This document shows, one piece after another, positions 50,401-64,000 of a DNA stretch of 64,000 nt. Position 1 is the stretch's first letter. Each line of letters opens with the position of its first letter. Origin of the DNA: Yuukianura sp. NJ FZ-2021 (taxonomy: Eukaryota). The stretch spans positions 992,001 to 1,056,000 of the forward strand of contig JAJCTO010000010.1 of NCBI GenBank assembly GCA_046563655.1, written 5' to 3'. The notes under the pieces are model-generated. The model saw nothing but the letters and a program-made list of their open reading frames with translations, was not told the origin of the DNA and made no database searches. A program made the position numbers and the translations under genes.

Positions 50401-53400
50401 ACCATGAATCATGATGATAACTCACACGTCGATGGAACTTCAGGGAATAACCTACTATTACATTTTCTAAATCAAAATTGAACATTCAGCATTTTTGGAG
50501 ATTTCTGAATAGAAATTTTGGAAAATACTTTTTTATATTTCCTACCGACTTGCACATTAAATAGATCATGTCTGAAAACTTCTGCCCAACAATAGTCCGA
50601 AATTGTATTTTAGCACAGCATGCATCACCATACCGCAAGTGCATAAGTCTAACTACGATTTAGGTTTAACTTAGGGTTGAAACTTTACAACAAGGTGTTA
50701 AACGTTCTGAAAAATGGAATTTATGCCTTGTTACCGCTCATACCAAAATTCTTGGTATTCATCAAATAACGGTCCACTTCGTCGTAGTGCATAACTGACT
50801 AAATCACACGTTGAAAAACATGTTGTCAGCCTCCATCCTTGAGCTTAAACTCGAAGTGCCGGTGAAGTGTCAAGCATGCCTTCACTTCAGATGCAAACCA
50901 TGCGTTCTCACTTTGACACCATGAATCATGATGATAACTCACACGTCGATGGAACTTCAGGGAATAACCTACTATTACATTTTCTAAATCAAAATTGAAC
51001 ATTCAGCATTTTTGGAGATTTCTGAATAGAAATTTTGGAAAATACTTTTTTATATTTCCTACCGACTTGCACATTAAATAGATCATGTCTGAAAACTTCT
51101 GCCCAACAATAGTCCGAAATTGTATTTTAGCACAGCATGCATCACCATACCACAAGTGCATAAGTCTAACTACGATTTAGGTTTAACTTAGGGTTGAAAC
51201 TTTACAACAAGGTGTTAAACGTTCTGAAAAATGGAATTTATGCCTTGTTACCGCTCATACCAAAATTCTTGGTATTCATCAAATAACGGTCCACTTCGTC
51301 GTAGTGCATAACTGACTAAATCACACGTTGAAAAACATGTTGTCAGACTCCATCCTTGAGCTTAAACTAGAAGTGCCGGTGAAGTGTCAAGCATGAATTC
51401 ATTTCACATGCAAACCATGAGTTCTCACTGTGACACCATGAATCATGATAACTCACACGTCGATGGAACTTCAGGGAAAAACCGACTATTACATTTTCTA
51501 AATCAAAATTGAACATTCAGCATTTTTGGCCATTTTTGGATAAAATTTTTGGAAAATACTTTTTTATATTTCCTACCGACTAGCACATTAAATACATCAT
51601 GTCTGAAAACTTCTGCCCAACAATAGTCTGAAATTGTTATTTAGCACAGCATCACCATACCACAAGTGCATAATTCTAACTACGATTTAGGTTTAACTTA
51701 GGGTTGAAACTATACAACAAGGTGTTAAACGTTCTGAAAAATGGAATTTATGCCTTGTTACCGCTCATACCAAAATTCTTGGTATTCATCAAATAACGGT
51801 CCACTTCGTCGTAGTGCATAACTGACTAAATCACACGTTGAAAAACATGTTGTCAGCCTCCATCCTTGAGCTTAAACTAGAAGTGCCGGTGAAGTGTCAA
51901 GCATGCCTTCACTTTAGATGCAAACCATGAGTTCTCACTTTGACACCATGAATCATGGTAACTCACACGTCGATGGAACTTCAGGGAAAAACCGACTATT
52001 ACATTTTCTAAATCAAAATTGAACATTCAGCATTTTTGACATTTTTTGATAAAATTTTTGGAAAATACTTTTTTATATTTCCTACCGACTAGCACATTAA
52101 ATACATCATGTCTGAAAACTTCTGCCCAACAATAGTCTGAAATTGTTATTTAGCACAGCATCACCATACCACAAGTGCATAATTCTAACTACGATTTAGG
52201 TTTAACTTAGGGTTGAAACTATACAACAAGGTGTTAAACGTTCTGAAAAATGGAATTTATGCCTTGTTACCGCTCATACCAAAATTCTTGGTATTCATCA
52301 AATAACGGTCCACTTCGTCGTAGTGCATAACTGACTAAATCACACGTTGAAAAACATGTTGTCAGACTCCATCCTTGAGCTTAAACTAGAAGTGCCGGTG
52401 AAGTGTCAAGCATGCCTACACTTCACATGCAAACCATGAGTTCTCACTTTGACACCATGAATCATGATAACTCACACGTCGATGGAACTTCAGGGAAAAA
52501 CCGACTATTACATTTTCTAAATCAAAATTGAACATTAAGCATTTTTGGCCGTTTCTGGATACAATTTTTGGAAAATACTTTTTTATATTTCCTACCGACT
52601 TGCACATTAAATAGATCATGTGTGAAAACTTCTGCATAACAATAGTCCAAAATTGTATTTTAGCACAGCTCCACCATACAACAAGTGCATAAGTCTAACT
52701 ACGATTTAGGATTAACTTAGGGTTGACACTATACAACAAGGTGTTAAACGTTCTGAAAAATGGAATTTATGCCTTGTTACCGCTCATACCAAAATTCTTG
52801 GTATTCATCAAATATCGGTCCACTTCGTCGTAGTGCATAACTGACTAAATCACACGTTGAAAAACATGTTGTCAGACTCCATCCTTGAGCTTAAACTAGA
52901 AGTGCCGGTGAAGTGTCAAGCATGCCTTCACTTCACATGCAAACCATGAGTTCTCACTTTGACACCATGAATCATGATAACTCACACGTCGATGGAACTT
53001 CAGGGAAAAACCGACTATTACATTTTCTAAATCAAAATTGAACATTAAGCATTTTTGGCCGTTTCTGGATACAATTTTTGGAAAATACTTTTTTAAATTT
53101 CCTACCGACTTGCACATTAAATAGATCATGTGTGAAAACTTCTGCATAACAATAGTCCAAAATTGTATTTTAGCACAGCTCCACCATACAACAAGTGCAT
53201 AAGTCTAACTACGATTTGGGATTAACTTAGGGTTGACACTAAACAACAAGGTGTTAAACGTTCTGAAAAATGGAATTTATGCCTTGTTACCGCTCATACC
53301 AAAATTCTTGGTATTCATCAAATATCGGTCCACTTCGTCGTAGTGCATAACTGACTAAATCACACATTGAAAAACATGTTGTCAGACTCCATCCTTGAGC

Positions 53401-56400
53401 TTAAACTAGAAGTGCCGGTGAAGTGTCAAGCATGCCTTCATTTCACTTGCAAACCATGAGTTCTCACTGTGACACCATGAATCATGATAACTCACACGTC
53501 GATGGAACTTCAGGGAAAAACCCACTATTACATTTTCTAAATCAAAATTGAACATTCAGCATTTTTGGCCATTTTTGGATAAAATTTTTGGAAAATACTT
53601 TTTTATATTTCCTACCGACTAGCACATTAAATACATCATGTCTGAAAACTTCTGCCCAACAATAGTCTGAAATTGTTATTTAGCACAGCATCACCATACC
53701 ACAAGTGCATAATTCTAACTACGATTTAGGTTTAACTTAGGGTTGAAACTATACAACAAGGTGTTAAACGTTCTGAAAAATGGAATTTATGCCTTGTTAC
53801 CGCTCATACCAAAATTCTTGGTATTCATCAAATAACGGTCCACTTCGTCGTAGTGCATAACTGACTAAATCACACGTTGAAAAACATGTTGTCAGACTCC
53901 ATCCTTGAGCTTAAACTAGAAGTGCCGGTGAAGTGTCAAGCATGCCTTCACTTCACATGCAAACCATGAGTTCTCACTTTGACACCATGAATCATGATAA
54001 CTCACACGTCGATGGAACTTCAGGGAAAAACCGACTATTACATTTTCTAAATCAAAATTGAACATTAAGCATTTTTGGCCGTTTCTGGATACAATTTTTG
54101 GAAAATACTTTTTTAAATTTCCTACCGACTTGCACATTAAATAGATCATGTGTGAAAACTTCTGCATAACAATAGTCCAAAATTGTATTTTAGCACAGCT
54201 CCACCATACAACAAGTGCATAAGTCTAACTACGATTTGGGATTAACTTAGGGTTGACACTATACAACAAGGTGTTAAACGTTCTGAAAAATGGAATTTAT
54301 GCCTTGTTACCGCTCATACCAAAATTCTTGGTATTCATCAAATATCGGTCCACTTCGTCGTAGTGCATAACTGACTAAATCACACGTTGAAAAACATGTT
54401 GTCAGACTCCATCCTTGAGCTTAAACTAGAAGTGCCGGTGAAGTGTCAAGCATGCCTTCACTTCACATGCAAACCATGAGTTCTCACTTTGACACCATGA
54501 ATCATGATAACTCACACGTCGATGGAACTTCAGGGAAAAACCGACTATTACATTTTCTAAATCAAAATTGAACATTAAGCATTTTTGGCCGTTTCTGGAT
54601 ACAATTTTTGGAAAATACTTTTTTAAATTTCCTACCGACTTGCACATTAAATAGATCATGTGTGAAAACTTCTGCATAACAATAGTCCAAAATTGTATTT
54701 TAGCACAGCTCCACCATACAACAAGTGCATAAGTCTAACTACGATTTGGGATTAACTTAGGGTTGACACTAAACAACAAGGTGTTAAACGTTCTGAAAAA
54801 TGGAATTTATGCCTTGTTACCGCTCATACCAAAATTCTTGGTATTCATCAAATATCGGTCCACTTCGTCGTAGTGCATAACTGACTAAATCACACATTGA
54901 AAAACATGTTGTCAGACTCCATCCTTGAGCTTAAACTAGAAGTGCCGGTGAAGTGTCAAGCATGCCTTCATTTCACTTGCAAACCATGAGTTCTCACTGT
55001 GACACCATGAATCATGATAACTCACACGTCGATGGAACTTCAGGGAAAAACCCACTATTACATTTTCTAAATCAAAATTGAACATTCAGCATTTTTGGCC
55101 ATTTTTGGATAAAATTTTTGGAAAATACTTTTTTATATTTCCTACCGACTAGCACATTAAATACATCATGTCTGAAAACTTCTGCCCAACAATAGTCTGA
55201 AATTGTTATTTAGCACAGCATCACCATACCACAAGTGCATAATTCTAACTACGATTTAGGTTTAACTTAGGGTTGAAACTATACAACAAGGTGTTAAACG
55301 TTCTGAAAAATGGAATTTATGCCTTGTTACCGCTCATACCAAAATTCTTGGTATTCATCAAATAACGGTCCACTTCGTCGTAGTGCATAACTGACTAAAT
55401 CACACGTTGAAAAACATGTTGTCAGACTCCATCCTTGAGCTTAAACTAGAAGTGCCGGTGAAGTGTCAAGCATGCCTTCACTTCACATGCAAACCATGAG
55501 TTCTCACTTTGACACCATGAATCATGATAACTCACACGTCGATGGAACTTCAGGGAAAAACCGACTATTACATTTTCTAAATCAAAATTGAACATTAAGC
55601 ATTTTTGGCCGTTTCTGGATACAATTTTTGGAAAATACTTTTTTAAATTTCCTACCGACTTGCACATTAAATAGATCATGTGTGAAAACTTCTGCATAAC
55701 AATAGTCCAAAATTGTATTTTAGCACAGCTCCACCATACAACAAGTGCATAAGTCTAACTACGATTTGGGATTAACTTAGGGTTGACACTATACAACAAG
55801 GTGTTAAACGTTCTGAAAAATGGAATTTATGCCTTGTTACCGCTCATACCAAAATTCTTGGTATTCATCAAATATCGGTCCACTTCGTCGTAGTGCATAA
55901 CTGACTAAATCACACGTTGAAAAACATGTTGTCAGACTCCATCCTTGAGCTTAAACTAGAAGTGCCGGTGAAGTGTCAAGCATGCCTTCATTTCACTTGC
56001 AAACCATGAGTTCTCACTGTGACACCATGAATCATGATAACTCACACGTCGATGGAACTTCAGGGAAAAACCGACTATTACATTTTCTAAATCAAAATTG
56101 AACATTCAGCATTTTTGGCCATTTTTGGATAAAATTTTTGGAAAATACTTTTTTATATTTCCTACCGACTAGCACATTAAATACATCATGTCTGAAAACT
56201 TCTGCCCAACAATAGTCTGAAATTGTTATTTAGCACAGCATCACCATACCACAAGTGCATAATTCTAACTACGATTTAGGTTTAACTTAGGGTTGAAACT
56301 ATACAACAAGGTGTTAAACGTTCTGAAAAATGGAATTTATGCCTTGTTACCGCTCATACCAAAATTCTTGGTATTCATCAAATAACGGTCCACTTCGTCG

Positions 56401-59400
56401 TAGTGCATAACTGACTAAATCACACGTTGAAAAACATGTTGTCAGACTCCATCCTTGAGCTTAAACTAGAAGTGCCGGTGAAGTGTCAAGCATGCCTTCA
56501 CTTCACATGCAAACCATGAGTTCTCACTTTGACACCATGAATCATGATAACTCACACGTCGATGGAACTTCAGGGAAAAACCGACTATTACATTTTCTAA
56601 ATCAAAATTGAACATTAAGCATTTTTGGCCGTTTCTGGATACAATTTTTGGAAAATACTTTTTTATATTTCCTACCGACTTGCACATTAAATAGATATGT
56701 GTGAAAACTTCTGCATAACAATAGTCCAAAATTGTATTTTAGCACAGCTCCACCATACAACAAGTGCATAAGTCTAACTACGATTTAGGTTTAACTTAGG
56801 GTTGACACTATACAACAAGGTGTTAAACGTTCTGAAAAATGGAATTTATGCCTTGTTACCGCTCATACCAAAATTCTTGGTATTCATCAAATAACGGTCC
56901 ACTTCGTCGTAGTGCATAACTGACTAAATCACACGTTGAAAAACATGTTGCCAGCCTCCATCCTTGAGCTTAAACTAGAAGTGCCGGTGAAGTGTCAAGC
57001 ATGCCTTCACTTCACATACAAACCATGAGTTCTCACTTTGACAACATGAATCATGATAACTCACACGTCGATGGAACTTCAGGAAAAAACCGACTATTAA
57101 ATTTTCTAAATCAAAATTGAACATTCAGCATTTTTGGCCGTTTCTGTATACAATTTTTGGAAAATACTTTTTTATATTTCCTACCGACTTGCACATTAAA
57201 TAGATCATGTGTGAAAACTTCTGCATAACAATAGTCCAAAATTGTATTTTAGCACAGCTCCACCATACAACAAGTGCATAAGTCTAACTACGATTTAGGT
57301 TGAACTTAGGGCTGACACTATACAACAAGGTGTTAAACGTTCTGAAAAATGGAATTTATGCCTTGTTACCGCTCATACCAAAATTCTCGGTATTCATCAA
57401 ATAACGGTCCACTTCGTCGTAGTGCATAACTGACTAAATCACACGTTGAAAAACATGTTGTTAGACTCCATCCTTGAGCTTAAACTAGAAGTGCCGGTGA
57501 AGTGTCAAGCATGCCTTCACTTCACATGCAAACCATGAGTTCTCACTTTGACACCATGAATCATGATAACTCACACGTCGATGGAACTTCAGTGAAAAAC
57601 CGACTATTACATTTTCTAAATCAAAGTTGAACATTCAGCATTTTTGGCCATTTTTGGATAAAATTTTTGGAAAATACTTTTTTATATTTCCTACCGACTA
57701 GCACATTAAATACATCATGTCTGAAAACTTCTGCCCAACAATAGTCTGAAATTGTTATTTAGCACAACTCCACCATACAACAAGTGCATAAGTCTAACTA
57801 CGATTTAGGTTTAACTTAGGGTTGAAACTTTACAACAAGGTGTTAAACGTTCTGAAAAATGGAATTTATGCCTTGTTACCGCTCATACCAAAATTCTTGG
57901 TATTCATCAAATAACGGTCCACTTCGTCGTAGTGCATAACTGACTAAATCACACGTTGAAAAACATGTTGTCAGACTCCATCCTTGAGCTTAAACTCGAA
58001 GTGCCGGTGAAGTGTCAAGCATGCCTTCACTTCAGATGCAAACCATGCGTTCTCACTTTGACACCATGAATCATGATGATAACTCACACGTCGATGGAAC
58101 TTCAGGGAATAACCTACTATTACATTTTCTAAATCAAAATTGAACATTCAGCATTTTTGGAGATTTCTGAATAGAAATTTTGGAAAATACTTTTTTATAT
58201 TTCCTACCGACTTGCACATTAAATAGATCATGTCTGAAAACTTCTGCCCAACAATAGTCCGAAATTGTATTTTAGCACAGCATGCATCACCATACCACAA
58301 GTGCATAAGTCTAACTACGATTTAGGTTTAACTTAGGGTTGAAACTTTACAACAAGGTGTTAAACGTTCTGAAAAATGGAATTTATGCCTTGTTACCGCT
58401 CATACCAAAATTCTTGGTATTCATCAAATAACGGTCCACTTCGTCGTAGTGCATAACTGACTAAATCACACGTTGAAAAACATGTTGTCAGACTCCATCC
58501 TTGAGCTTAAACTAGAAGTGCCGGTGAAGTGTCAAGCATGCCTTCATTTCACATGCAAACCATGAGTTCTCACTGTGACACCATGAATCATGATAACTCA
58601 CACGTCGATGGAACTTCAGGGAAAAACCGACTATTACATTTTCTAAATCAAAATTGAACATTCAGCATTTTTGGCCATTTTTGGATAAAATTTTTGGAAA
58701 ATACTTTTTTATATTTCGTACCGACTAGCACATTAAATACATCATGTCTGAAAACTTCTGCCCAACAATAGTCTGAAATTGTTATTTAGCACAGCATCAC
58801 CATACCACAAGTGCATAATTCTAACTACGATTTAGGTTTAACTTAGGGTTGAAACTATACAACAAGGTGTTAAACGTTCTGAAAAATGGAATTTATGCCT
58901 TGTTACCGCTCATACCAAAATTCTTGGTATTCATCAAATAACGGTCCACTTCGTCGTAGTGCATAACTGACTAAATCACACGTTGAAAAACATGTTGTCA
59001 GCCTCCATCCTTGAGCTTAAACTAGAAGTGCCGGTGAAGTGTCAAGCATGCCTTCACTTCAGATGCAAACCATGAGTTCTCACTTTGACACCATTGATCA
59101 TGGTAACTCAGACGTCGATGGAACTTCAGGGAAAAACCGACTATTACATTTTCTAAGTCAAAATTGAACATTCAGCATTTTTGGCCATTTTTGGATAAAA
59201 TTTTTGGAAAATACTTTTTTATATTTCGTACCGACTAGCACATTAAATACATCATGTCTGAAAACTTCTGCCCAACAATAGTCTGAAATTGTTATTTAGC
59301 ACAGCATCACCATACCACAAGTGCATAATTCTAACTACGATTTAGGTTTAACTTAGGGTTGAAACTATACAACAAGGTGTTAAACGTTCTGAAAAATGGA

Positions 59401-62400
59401 ATTTATGCCTTGTTACCGCTCATACCAAAATTCTTGGTATTCATCAAATAACGGTCCACTTCGTCGTAGTGCATAACTGACTAAATCACACGTTGAAAAA
59501 CATGTTGTCAGCCTCCATCCTTGAGCTTAAACTAGAAGTGCCGGTGAAGTGTCAAGCATGCCTTCACTTCAGATGCAAACCATGAGTTCTCACTTTGACA
59601 CCATTGATCATGGTAACTCACACGTCGATGGAACTTCAGGGAAAAACCGACTATTACATTTTCTAAGTCAAAATTGAACATTCAGCATTTTTGGCCATTT
59701 TTGGATAAAATTTTTGGAAAATACTTTTTTATATTTCCTACCGACTAGCACATTAAATACATCATGTCTGAAAACTTCTGCCCAACAATAGTCTGAAATT
59801 GTTATTTAGCACAGCATCACCATACCACAAGTGCATAATTCTAACTACGATTTAGGTTTAACTTAGGGTTGAAACTATACAACAAGGTGTTAAACGTTCT
59901 GAAAAATGGAATTTATGCCTTGTTACCGCTCATACCAAAATTCTTGGTATTCATCAAATAACGGTCCACTTCGTCGTAGTGCATAACTGACTAAATCACA
60001 CGTTGAAAAACATGTTGTCAGACTCCATCCTTGAGCTTAAACTAGAAGTGCCGGTGAAGTGTCAAGCATGCCTTCACTTCACATGCAAACCATGAGTTCT
60101 CACTTTGACACCATGAATCATGATAACTCACACGTCGATGGAACTTCAGGGAAAAACCGACTATTACATTTTCTAAATCAAAATTGAACATTAAGCATTT
60201 TTGGCCGTTTCTGGATACAATTTTTGGAAAATACTTTTTTATATTTCCTACCGACTTGCACATTAAATAGATATGTGTGAAAACTTCTGCATAACAATAG
60301 TCCAAAATTGTATTTTAGCACAGCTCCACCATACAACAAGTGCATAAGTCTAACTACGATTTAGGTTTAACTTAGGGTTGACACTATACAACAAGGTGTT
60401 AAACGTTCTGAAAAATGGAATTTATGCCTTGTTACCGCTCATACCAAAATTCTTGGTATTCATCAAATAACGGTCCACTTCGTCGTAGTGCATAACTGAC
60501 TAAATCACACGTTGAAAAACATGTTGCCAGCCTCCATCCTTGAGCTTAAACTAGAAGTGCCGGTGAAGTGTCAAGCATGCCTTCACTTCACATACAAACC
60601 ATGAGTTCTCACTTTGACACCATGAATCATGATAACTCACACGTCGATGGAACTTCAGGAAAAAACCGACTATTACATTTTCTAAATCAAAATTGAACAT
60701 TCAGCATTTTTGGCCATTTTTGCATAGAATTTTTGGAAAATTCTTTTTTATATTTCCTACCGACTTGCACATTAAATAGATCATGTCTGAAAACTTCTGC
60801 CCAACAATAGTCCGAAATTGTATTTTAGCACAGCATGCATCACCATACCACAAGTGCATAAGTCTAACTACGATTTAGGTTTAACTTAGGGTTGAAACTT
60901 TACAACAAGGTGTTAAACGTTCTGAAAAATGGAATTTATGCCTTGTTACCGCTCATACCAAAATTCTTTGTATTCATCAAATAACGGTCCACTTCGTCGT
61001 AGTGCATAACTGACTAAATCACACGTTGAAAAACATGTTGTCAGACTCCATCCTTGAGCTTAAACTAGAAGTGCCGATGAAGTGTCAAGCATGCCTTCAT
61101 TTCACATGCAAACCATGAGTTCTCACTGTGACACCATGAATCATGATAACTCACACGTCGATGGAACTTCAGGGAAAAACCGACTATTACATTTTCTAAA
61201 TCAAAATTGAACATTCAGCATTTTTGGCCATTTTTGGATAAAATTTTTGGAAAATACTTTTTTATATTTCCTACCGACTAGCACATTAAATACATCATGT
61301 CTGAAAACTTCTGCCCAACAATAGTCCGAAATTGTATTTTAGCACAGCATGCATCACCATACCACAAGTGCATAAGTCTAACTACGATTTAGGTTTAACT
61401 TAGGGTTGAAACTTTACAACAAGGTGTTAAACGTTCTGAAAAATGGAATTTATGCCTTGTTACCGCTCATACCAAAATTCTTGGTATTCATCAAATAACG
61501 GTCCACTTCGTCGTAGTGCATAACTGACTAAATCACACGTTGAAAAACATGTTGTCAGACTCCATCCTTGAGCTTAAACTAGAAGTGCCGGTGAAGTGTC
61601 AAGCATGCCTTCATTTCACATGCAAACCATGAGTTCTCACTGTGACACCATGAATCATGATAACTCACACGTCGATGGAACTTCAGGGAAAAACCGACTA
61701 TTACATTTTCTAAATCAAAATTGAACATTAAGCATTTTTGGCCGTTTCTGGATACAATTTTTGGAAAATACTTTTTTATATTTCCTACCGACTTGCACAT
61801 TAAATAGATCATGTGTGAAAACTTCTGCATAACAATAGTCCAAAATTGTATTTTAGCACAGCTCCACCATACAACAAGTGCATAAGTCTAACTACGATTT
61901 AGGATTAACTTAGGGTTGACACTATACAACAAGGTGTTAAACGTTCTGAAAAATGGAATTTATGCCTTGTTACCGCTCATACCAAAATTCTTGGTATTCA
62001 TCAAATATCGGTCCACTTCGTCGTAGTGCATAACTGACTACATCACACGTTGAAAAACATGTTGCCACCCTCCATCCTTGAGCTTAAACTAGAAGTGCCG
62101 GTGAAGTGTCAAGCATGCCTTCATTTCACATGCAAACCATGAGTTCTCACTGTGACACCATGAATCATGATAACTCACACGTCGATGGAACTTCAGGGAA
62201 AAACCGACTATTACATTTTCTAAATCAAAATTGAACATTCAGCATTTTTGGCCATTTTTGGATAAAATTTTTGGAAAATACTTTTTTATATTTCCTACCG
62301 ACTAGCACATTAAATACATCATGTCTGAAAACTTCTGCCCAACAATAGTCCGAAATTGTATTTTAGCACAGCATGCATCACCATACCACAAGTGCATAAG

Positions 62401-64000
62401 TCTAACTACGATTTAGGTTTAACTTAGGGTTGAAACTTTACAACAAGGTGTTAAACGTTCTGAAAAATGGAATTTATGCCTTGTTACCGCTCATACCAAA
62501 ATTCTTGGTATTCATCAAATAACGGTCCACTTCGTCGTAGTGCATAACTGACTAAATCACACGTTGAAAAACATGTTGTCAGACTCCATCCTTGAGCTTA
62601 AACTAGAAGTGCCGGTGAAGTGTCAAGCATGCCTTCATTTCACATGCAAACCATGAGTTCTCACTGTGACACCATGAATCATGATAACTCACACGTCGAT
62701 GGAACTTCAGGGAAAAACCGACTATTACATTTTCTAAATCAAAATTGAACATTCAGCATTCTTGGCCATTTTTGGATAAAATTTTTGGAAAATACTTTTT
62801 TATATTTCCTACCGACTAGCACATTAAATACATCATGTCTGAAAACTTCTGCCCAACAATAGTCTGAAATTGTTATTTAGCACAGCATCACCATACCACA
62901 AGTGCATAATTCTAACTACGATTTAGGTTTAACTTAGGGTTGAAACTATACAACAAGGTGTTAAACGTTCTGAAAAATGGAATTTATGCCTTGTTACCGC
63001 TCATACCAAAATTCTTGGTATTCATCAAATAACGGTCCACTTCGTCGTAGTGCATAACTGACTAAATCACACGTTGAAAAACATGTTGTCAGCCTCCATC
63101 CTTGAGCTTAAACTAGAAGTGCCGGTGAAGTGTCAAGCATGCCTTCACTTCAGATGCAAACCATGAGTTCTCACTTTGACACCATGAATCATGGTAACTC
63201 ACACTTCGATGGAACTTCAGGGAAAAACCGACTATTACATTTTCTAAATCAAAATTGAACATTCAGCATTTTTGGCCATTTTTGGATAAAATTTTTGGAA
63301 AATACTTTTTTATATTTCCTACCGACTAGCACATTAAATACATCATGTCTGAAAACTTCTGCCCAACAATAGTCTGAAATTGTTATTTAGCACAGCATCA
63401 CCATACCACAAGTGCATAATTCTAACTACGATTTAGGTTTAACTTAGGGTTGAAACTATACAACAAGGTGTTAAACGTTCTGAAAAATGGAATTTATGCC
63501 TTGTTACCGCTCATACCAAAATTCTTGGTATTCATCAAATAACGGTCCACTTCGTCGTAGTGCATAACTGACTAAATCACACGTTGAAAAACATGTTGTC
63601 AGACTCCATCCTTGAGCTTAAACTAGAAGTGCCGGTGAAGTGTCAAGCATGCCTTCACTTCACATGCAAACCATGAGTTCTCACTTTGACACCATGAATC
63701 ATGATAACTCACACGTCGATGGAACTTCAGGGAAAAACCGACTATTACATTTTCTAAATCAAAATTGAACATTAAGCATTTTTGGCCGTTTCTGGATACA
63801 ATTTTTGGAAAATACTTTTTTATATTTCCTACCGACTTGCACATTAAATAGATCATGTGTGAAAACTTCTGCATAACAATAGTCCAAAATTGTATTTTAG
63901 CACAGCTCCACCATACAACAAGTGCATAAGTCTAACTACGATTTAGGATTAACTTAAGGTTGACACTATACAACAAGGTGTTAAACGTTCTGAAAAATGG
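38426..64000. repeat. Tandem ~510-bp satellite array, right segment (~50 monomers), running off the window
   Basis: Continuous head-to-tail copies with local variant blocks. Confidence 0.98.

Noticed and set aside
31476..63874. Repeated 66-87-aa minus-strand ORFs (MQKFSHMIYL...)
   Set aside because: These are chance frames in the satellite monomer. They open and close with single SNPs and have no domain features.

Overview
Eukaryotic, probably animal, genomic DNA. About 49 kb is a homogeneous tandem satellite with a ~510-bp monomer (503/507/510/517-bp variants, local 2- to 5-mer higher-order repeats). It is interrupted by two insertions. The first is a full-length 14,020-bp Polinton/Maverick (3328-17347) with AGTAGT...ACTACT termini, TIRs and a 6-bp TSD (CTTCAG). 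It encodes an adenain-type protease, major and minor capsid proteins, core-like proteins, an rve integrase, a packaging ATPase and a protein-primed PolB. The second is a 510-bp PIF/Harbinger-like MITE (37916-38425, TTA TSD). The Polinton integrase is split by a 529-bp solo LTR, and several genes carry small lesions. The most notable features are not in the ORF track. The polymerase gene appears to be spliced, with four phase-1 GT-AG introns that add duplicated C2H2 zinc-finger exons to its N-terminus. A GCACGAATCC motif array with 22-23-bp spacing lies just upstream of the minor capsid gene. All calls are from manual reading of the sequence; no searches were run.
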